Assembly: GCA_038230375.1 (NCBI GenBank)
Contig: JBBRNJ010000019.1
Coordinates: 32,001-96,000, forward strand
Length of the DNA: 64,000 nt
Reading direction: 5' to 3'
Source of the DNA: Polyangiales bacterium
GTDB lineage: Bacteria > Myxococcota_A > Polyangia > Polyangiales > Polyangiaceae
Shown: in pieces, positions 58,613-64,000 of the stretch
Numbering within the stretch: position 1 is the first letter of the stretch
Layout: each line of letters begins with the position of its first letter
Notes under the pieces: model-generated
What the model saw: the letters and a program-made list of their open reading frames with translations, nothing else
What the model was told of the DNA's origin: nothing
Databases searched by the model: none
Translations under genes and position numbers: made by a program

Positions 58613-60447
58613 AGCGCGCTCCCACGCTGCTCGATGGGCTCGGGGATTTCACGACCACCTGGCGCGTCCTGCCGATCGCCGTGCTCGCGGGGCTTGTCGG
58701 CGCCATCAGCGCGTTCGTCGCCGTGGCGTTGTTGAAGATGATCGCGCTGTTCACGAACCTCTTCTTCTTCCAGAGGGCGAGCTTCGCGAGCGCCTCACCA
58801 GCAAACCACCACCTCGGCCATGCTGCCGTGCTGGTGCCCATCGCCGGAGCGCTGATCATCGGCGTGATGGCACGCTATGGTTCGAACAAGATCCGGGGCC
58901 ACGGCATCCCGGAGGCCATCGAGGCGATCCTGATGCGCGGCAGCCGTGTGGAGCCGCGGATCGCCGTACTCAAGCCGATCGCGAGCGCCATCTCCATCGG
59001 CTCGGGCGGTCCGTTCGGCGCGGAGGGGCCAATCATCATGACGGGCGGCGCCATCGGCTCGCTCGTCGCGCAGCTGTTCGCGCTCACGAGCGCCGAGCGC
59101 AAGACGCTCCTCGTGGCTGGCGCTGCTGCGGGCATGAGCGCCACGTTTGCGTCGCCGCTCGCGTCCGCGTTGCTCGCGGTGGAGCTCTTGCTCTTCGAGT
59201 GGAAGCCGCGCAGCTTCATTCCGGTCGTCGTGGCCAGTGTCACCGCTTCGTTCGTGAGACCATCGCTCCTCGGGGAGGGACCGATCTTCCCGGTTCCGGC
59301 GCATGCGCCGAGCGCGACGTGGCAGCTCGCCCTTGGCTGCGTCGCGTGCGGGCTTGCGGCAGGCGTGATGTCCGGACTGCTCACCAAAGGTGTCTATCTG
59401 TTCGAGGACCTCTTCCAGAAGCTTCCGATCCACTGGATGTGGTGGCCGGCCATCGGCGGTCTCGCGATAGGGCTCGGCGGTCTGATCGAGCCACGGGCCC
59501 TCGGCGTTGGTTACGACGTGATCGAGTCAGCGCTCGGCGGCGAGCTCCTGGGGCGTGCGCTCGTCGTGCTGATGATGGTCAAGGCCACGATCTGGATCAT
59601 CTCGCTGGGCTCGGGAACATCCGGAGGCGTGCTCGCGCCGCTCCTCATCATGGGTGCATGCCTGGGGGGCTTGCTGGGCGACGTCATGCCGCCCATGTCG
59701 CGCGGCTTCTGGCCTCTGGTCACCATGGCCGCCATCCTCGGCGGAACGATGCGGGCTCCGCTCACCGGCATCGTGTTCGCGCTGGAGCTCACGCACGACT
59801 GGGGCATGATCCTCCCGCTGCTCGTCGCCGTGCCCGTGGCCTACGCGTTCACAGTGCTGGTGCTTCGGCGCTCGATCCTGACGGAGAAGGTGAGCCGCCG
59901 CGGCTTTCATCTCAGTCGCGAGTACGCGACCGACCCGTACGAGATCCTGTTCGTGCGCGAGATCATGACGACGAAGGTCGTCGTCTTGCCTGCGTCGATC
60001 ACGCGCGCCGAGTTCCTCGCTGCCGAGAACGGAGAAGCAAAGGCCCGTCGTCTGTTCTACGTGGTGGATGGGGCGCGCAAGCTCTGCGGCGTGATCACAC
60101 GTGAGCGGCTCGAAGCCTGGCTGCTGGGTGTGCCGCCGAGCTCGCGAGCGGTGCTCGACGCGCCGCCGGAGAACACTCTTGGTGACGTCGCCCGCAAGGC
60201 CGTCGTGGCAGATGCCGACGAGCCGCTCCGTGCCGTGCTCTCACGCATGGCGGATACTGGACGGACGTGGCTGCCGGTCGTCGCGCACGACGATCCACGC
60301 GAGATCGTCGGGGAGATCACGCTCGAGGACACGCTGAAGGCAGGCGTCAAGCATCTGGAAGAGGAGCAACGCCGGGAGCGCGTCCTTCCCCTCGAGGCGA
60401 TGATCCCGCGGTGGCTGAAGCTCGGAACGGGCGTCCGCACGCGGTAG
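58609..60447 (+). CDS. ClC chloride channel/antiporter with CBS pair
   Basis: GHGIPE, GAEGP, GGVLAP, RAPLTG, many TMs, C-terminal CBS; ATGA overlap with the MarR gene. Confidence 0.95.
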   Translation: MKRAPTLLDGLGDFTTTWRVLPIAVLAGLVGAISAFVAVALLKMIALFTNLFFFQRASFASASPANHHLGHAAVLVPIAGALIIGVMARYGSNKIRGHGIPEAIEAILMRGSRVEPRIAVLKPIASAISIGSGGPFGAEGPIIMTGGAIGSLVAQLFALTSAERKTLLVAGAAAGMSATFASPLASALLAVELLLFEWKPRSFIPVVVASVTASFVRPSLLGEGPIFPVPAHAPSATWQLALGCVACGLAAGVMSGLLTKGVYLFEDLFQKLPIHWMWWPAIGGLAIGLGGLIEPRALGVGYDVIESALGGELLGRALVVLMMVKATIWIISLGSGTSGGVLAPLLIMGACLGGLLGDVMPPMSRGFWPLVTMAAILGGTMRAPLTGIVFALELTHDWGMILPLLVAVPVAYAFTVLVLRRSILTEKVSRRGFHLSREYATDPYEILFVREIMTTKVVVLPASITRAEFLAAENGEAKARRLFYVVDGARKLCGVITRERLEAWLLGVPPSSRAVLDAPPENTLGDVARKAVVADADEPLRAVLSRMADTGRTWLPVVAHDDPREIVGEITLEDTLKAGVKHLEEEQRRERVLPLEAMIPRWLKLGTGVRTR

Positions 60448-60485
60448 ACCGTGTGGGGTCTCACTCTCTCGGCTACGCTCCTCCC

Positions 60486-61151
60486 ATGGCACACTGGGAG
60501 CACCGAGACGAACCGCGCTGGAAGGAGTTCCGCTTCAACCAACCGTACGCGAAGGGCCTCGCGCGTTTGAAGGACGAGGTTCTCGCGAAGACCGACTTCG
60601 ACCCGGCCACGCTGTGGCAGTGGGGCACGATGCAGGCGATGGCGGTGCTCGAGATCTTGAAGACCGCGGAGGCGGAGTTCGGCGAGAAGGGCCAGGCGAT
60701 GGTGCACCGCGCGCTGCGCAACATCGGGCTCGACATCGGCAGGCAGGTCCTTGCGGGGACCACCATCCCCGAGGGGCTCACCTCCGCCGAGTTCTCCTCG
60801 TTCTACGCGACAGTCATCAATCGCATCGTCTATGCGTCACTGGAGGAGGCGCGCATCGAAGGCACGGAGCAGGCAAGCTTCGACATCATCTGGTGCCCAC
60901 ATCAAGATCACTACGGTGCGTTCGACTGTCGCGTGCAGCGCTACTTCGTGGAAGGCATGATCGAGGCTGCGCGGGAGCGTGCGAGCGAGCATGGCTTCGA
61001 GGTGCGCTTCGACTCGACCATTCCGGCGGGCGCGAAGACATGTCACTTCACGCTGTGGAAGCCCAGCGCCGAGGAGAAGGCGACGTGGGATGGCTACACG
61101 AAGCTGCTCGAAGACAAGGCGCTCGTCCGCTCGAAGCGCGAGAAGGCCTGA
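60486..61151 (+). CDS. Hypothetical protein, V4R / ATC-hydrolase-like fold
   Basis: WCPH...DCR...TIPAGAKTCHF pattern of three conserved-looking Cys. Confidence 0.65.
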   Translation: MAHWEHRDEPRWKEFRFNQPYAKGLARLKDEVLAKTDFDPATLWQWGTMQAMAVLEILKTAEAEFGEKGQAMVHRALRNIGLDIGRQVLAGTTIPEGLTSAEFSSFYATVINRIVYASLEEARIEGTEQASFDIIWCPHQDHYGAFDCRVQRYFVEGMIEAARERASEHGFEVRFDSTIPAGAKTCHFTLWKPSAEEKATWDGYTKLLEDKALVRSKREKA

Positions 61152-61157
61152 GCACAG

Positions 61158-61829
61158 TCAGGCAAGCGGACGGAAGCCGCGGATCTGCAGCGCGAGTGAG
61201 TCCTTGAGTCCAGGGTCGAGCGCGGCCTCCAGCGTGGAGTAGCCGCTGATCCACGAGAGCAACGCCAGGAAGTACAGACCGAAGACATTGCGCGCACACG
61301 CAAGCGGATCAACGTCGCGCGCGACCTCTCCGCGCGCCTGCGCGTTCGCGACCAGGAGCGAGAGGCGATGCAAGAACGCAAACGTCAGCGTGGAGACGCG
61401 CTGCGCGTTCGGTCCGCTCGCTCCAGGCAGGTGCTTCACGAAAGCAGCCGCGACGCCTGGGTGCACGCTGTACATCTCGAACAGCCCGGCGAAAACGTAG
61501 AGGAGCTGCTCCAGCAGCGGTCTGGTGGGCACGCTCGCCATCCGCGCCTCCACGACGCTCTCCAGTTGATCGTGCATCACCAGGAAGAGGAGGTCTGCCT
61601 TGTCGCTCGCGTGCACGAAGATGGTGCCGGCGGCCACGCCTGCCCGCTTCGCGATCGCATTCGTGGTCGTCTCGTCGAAGCCGATCGCGGAGAACAGCTC
61701 CAGAGCAGCCTGGCGGATCCGTTCACGGGTGACGACGCGCCGAAGTCCACGTCCGTCCGGGCGCTTCGCGGGGACCTGCTCGACGCGGGCCTTCCTTTTC
61801 CTTCTCTTTTTCGTGGGAGGGCGGGGCAT
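61158..61829 (-). CDS. TetR/AcrR-family transcriptional regulator
   Basis: TRERIRQAALELF..GFDETT..IAKRAGVAAGTIF...DKADLL. Confidence 0.93.
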   Translation of the reverse strand: MPRPPTKKRRKRKARVEQVPAKRPDGRGLRRVVTRERIRQAALELFSAIGFDETTTNAIAKRAGVAAGTIFVHASDKADLLFLVMHDQLESVVEARMASVPTRPLLEQLLYVFAGLFEMYSVHPGVAAAFVKHLPGASGPNAQRVSTLTFAFLHRLSLLVANAQARGEVARDVDPLACARNVFGLYFLALLSWISGYSTLEAALDPGLKDSLALQIRGFRPLA

Positions 61830-61849
61830 GGAGGGAGGGGAGGGGAAAT

Positions 61850-61926
61850 ATGACCATACTCAATCTTTTCCCGACGTCACCATTGACCTTCCTGGGATGT
61901 GCCGCAACATAATGAGTGTACTCAGT
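61850..61926. promoter_or_regulatory. Divergent promoter region with two TGA-N6-TCA operator-like sites
   Basis: TGACCATACTCA (61851-61862) and TGAGTGTACTCA (61913-61924); TTGACC at 61883 and CATAAT at 61908. Confidence 0.55.
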
Positions 61927-61957
61927 GACTGTGGTCATGAACCTTGGGAGGCCTGGA

Positions 61958-62587
61958 ATGCTCGTGCCGTACGCAGACGAGATGACGATGCAGGAGGCGC
62001 GTAGCCGCTACTTCGAAGTGAACGGCTTCGGTACGAATGGTGGCTACGACGACGCGTGGGTGGACTTCAAGCTCGGGCCGATTCCGTTTCCGTTCCCCAA
62101 CACCGCCGCGCGCATCCGCGCCGTCAGGATCCACGATCTGCATCACGTACTGACCGGCTACGACACCGACATCGTCGGCGAGTTCGAGATCTCCGCGTGG
62201 GAGATCGCAGCGGGTTGCAAGGGCTTCGCGGCGGCCTGGGTCCTGAACCTGGGCGGCATGGGAGGCGGACTCTTTCGCTGCCCCGGTCGCGTGTTTCGCG
62301 CATTCGTGCGGGGCCGCACGAGCAGGTCTCTCTATGGTGAGTCGCTGGACTCGCTTCTTCACACCACCGTGGCCGACACGCGCGCCCGCTTCATCGCCGA
62401 GAAGAGCCGCCGCGCAACCATCGCGGACATCGCGCTCTTCGTCGCGAGCCTCGCAGCGGGCCTCACCATCGGAGCGATCCTCTTCTGGCTCTTCGTCCCG
62501 CTGGTTCCAGTAGGGCTCGTGATGAGCAGCCTGCGGCGCCGCGCTCTCGCCGCCAATTCCCCGGCATCTGACGCGAAGAGTGCGTGA
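61958..62587 (+). CDS. Coq4-like metal-binding membrane protein
   Basis: HDLHHVLTGY...GEFE (HDxxH-x-E motif); GGAGG RBS before ATG 61958; C-terminal TM. Confidence 0.75.
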   Translation: MLVPYADEMTMQEARSRYFEVNGFGTNGGYDDAWVDFKLGPIPFPFPNTAARIRAVRIHDLHHVLTGYDTDIVGEFEISAWEIAAGCKGFAAAWVLNLGGMGGGLFRCPGRVFRAFVRGRTSRSLYGESLDSLLHTTVADTRARFIAEKSRRATIADIALFVASLAAGLTIGAILFWLFVPLVPVGLVMSSLRRRALAANSPASDAKSA

Positions 62588-62868
62588 GGACTACTTGCAA
62601 TCGGACTCGAGAAAACGCGCTTCTCACCGTATGCTCGAAGGATGGGGGAGGGCGCGCCTCAGCCGCGCGATCGCCGCCAAGTACACCACGAGCGCGCCGT
62701 GACCCGCGTACCCGCCAGAAGCGAGCGGTGACCACCGAGTCATGCGCTTCGCCCCGTGTCGGGATGGCACGCCGCGGCACAGGCCACAGCTGCCGATCGC
62801 AGCCAGCGCCGATCCACATTCCGCTGGTTTTTCCGGTGAACCGTGGCGTTCGCAGACGTGGCGTGATG

Positions 62869-62884
62869 CGGCATGCGAGTTGCG
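62869..62884 (+). promoter_or_regulatory. Putative sigma54 promoter
   Basis: CGGCATGCGAGTTGCG (GG-N10-GC), 12 nt before ATG 62896. Confidence 0.6.
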
Positions 62885-62895
62885 TATGTCGCGTC

Positions 62896-63600
62896 ATGAC
62901 CCCCGCCGCGCTCCTCGGAACTGCATCGATCGCCACAGTCACCTGCCTGGTCCTTGGTGGCGTGCTCGCCGCATGCGGCGGACACACGTCGCTCGCAACC
63001 GATGCTTCGGGTGACGGTGGCGGTGGTGGTGGCGGCGACAGCGGGAGCACCAAGCGCGCGCCTCCTGCTGAGCACCGCGCCATCGCCCCTGTATGCGCGC
63101 CGTCTCCGGTGGGCGCCGAGCCGACGATCCCGGACGCGGGGGCGGATGCGAGCACCTTTGCCTGCGCGAGAAACGAGGACTGCACCGCGCGCGCGGGAGG
63201 ACGCTGTGTCTATTCCAGCGGAGCCTGCGGCGAACCCTGTCAGGTCACACCGCCGGGCAGCGGCTGCCTGTATGACGAGTGCACGACCGACAAGAACTGT
63301 CCCACGGCGTCCATCTGTCAGTGCGGGCAGGGCGGACCGTCGCCCAACGGCTGCAGCTTGGTCGGCAACTGCCGCGTCGACGCAGACTGTGCGAGCGGCT
63401 ACTGCTCTCCCAGCGCCGACGGATGCGGCACGTTCAACGGGTACTTCTGTCATTCGGCCGGCGACACGTGCAGCGACGACGCCGACTGCCGGGACAACGG
63501 TGGCGGCCTTCTCCAGAAGTGCGTTGTCGACAGCGCGACCCAGGCGTGGAGTTGCAAGAACGTAGGCTGCGCCCAGGCCGGCTCCAGCGGCGGCGGCTGA
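62896..63600 (+). CDS. Cys-rich lipoprotein (myxobacterial CxxDxDC repeats)
   Basis: Lipobox LAAC; CARNEDC, CTTDKNC, CRVDADC, CSDDADC. Confidence 0.85.
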   Translation: MTPAALLGTASIATVTCLVLGGVLAACGGHTSLATDASGDGGGGGGGDSGSTKRAPPAEHRAIAPVCAPSPVGAEPTIPDAGADASTFACARNEDCTARAGGRCVYSSGACGEPCQVTPPGSGCLYDECTTDKNCPTASICQCGQGGPSPNGCSLVGNCRVDADCASGYCSPSADGCGTFNGYFCHSAGDTCSDDADCRDNGGGLLQKCVVDSATQAWSCKNVGCAQAGSSGGG

Positions 63601-63738
63601 TCGGACGGACGGTCCGTTGCGCAGGCGTCTCTCTCCGCACGGACCGGTGTGGCGAGGATCCAGATTTTTCTCACGCCGGTGACACCAGTGCACCCGCTCC
63701 AACCCATGGAAAAGCCACGAAAAGAGCGCGTGCGCACA

Positions 63739-63754
63739 TGGTATGCGAATTGCG
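63739..63754 (+). promoter_or_regulatory. Putative sigma54 promoter
   Basis: TGGTATGCGAATTGCG (GG-N10-GC), 14 nt before ATG 63768. Confidence 0.65.
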
Positions 63755-63767
63755 GAGATGCTCCGAC

Positions 63768-64000
63768 ATGCTCCGCCAAACCCTCGGGCTGCTCGGCTCG
63801 ACCCTGTTCACCTTCGCTCTCCTTGCTACGCCCGCCTGCACGGAGGACACGTCTCCCGCCGACACGGCGAACGAGAGCGAACTCACCATGGGCAACAAGC
63901 CATGGGACGCGGCTGCGGACAGAGAGTGGTCGTCGTTCATCGGCGCCATCGGCGAGGCACGCGCTGCAGGTCGCTGCACCACGCTCAACCAGTGCATCAA
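63768..64000 (+). CDS. Hypothetical lipoprotein (runs off the window edge)
   Basis: Manual translation MLRQTLGLLGSTLFTFALLATPACTEDTSPAD...WDAAADREWSSFI. Confidence 0.7.
   Translation, partial: MLRQTLGLLGSTLFTFALLATPACTEDTSPADTANESELTMGNKPWDAAADREWSSFIGAIGEARAAGRCTTLNQCI

Noticed and set aside
62588..62868. Possible ncRNA or riboswitch in the ~280-bp intergenic gap
   Set aside because: No recognisable tRNA or riboswitch consensus by eye. An Rfam/Infernal scan would settle it; the gap more likely holds sigma54 enhancer sites.

Overview
GC-rich, densely coding bacterial chromosome segment. Gene content (three Hanks-type Ser/Thr kinases, many Cys-rich and low-complexity lipoproteins, a DUF2330/MYXO-CTERM gene, sigma54-type promoters) points to a myxobacterium, most likely Polyangiaceae/Sorangiineae-like; this is inference. 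About 60 CDS are supported. Housekeeping and metabolic genes include tyrA, kbl, an SDR-type threonine dehydrogenase, cystathionine beta-synthase, rnc, trmL, pgeF, PBP1A, a parvulin PPIase, a DnaJ/CbpA-type chaperone and a ClC channel; the rest are mostly orphan envelope proteins. I found no rRNA, tRNA, CRISPR array, transposase, integrase or prophage, and no single obvious novel system. The best leads are: (1) a translationally coupled PBP1A / FG-GAP / orphan solute-binding protein / histidine kinase operon, ending in a double Zn-ribbon-zincin fusion; (2) a secreted leader ORF ending in ERPPR upstream of dsbA; (3) a MutH-type endonuclease outside its usual taxon; (4) a Tat molybdoenzyme paired with a PepSY-TM membrane protein; (5) a DUF2330 gene cut off from its MYXO-CTERM anchor; (6) a GTCGAG-type repeat used both intergenically and as a Thr/Ser linker; (7) widespread leaderless-type promoter spacing. 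All family calls come from motif recognition by eye; no searches were run.
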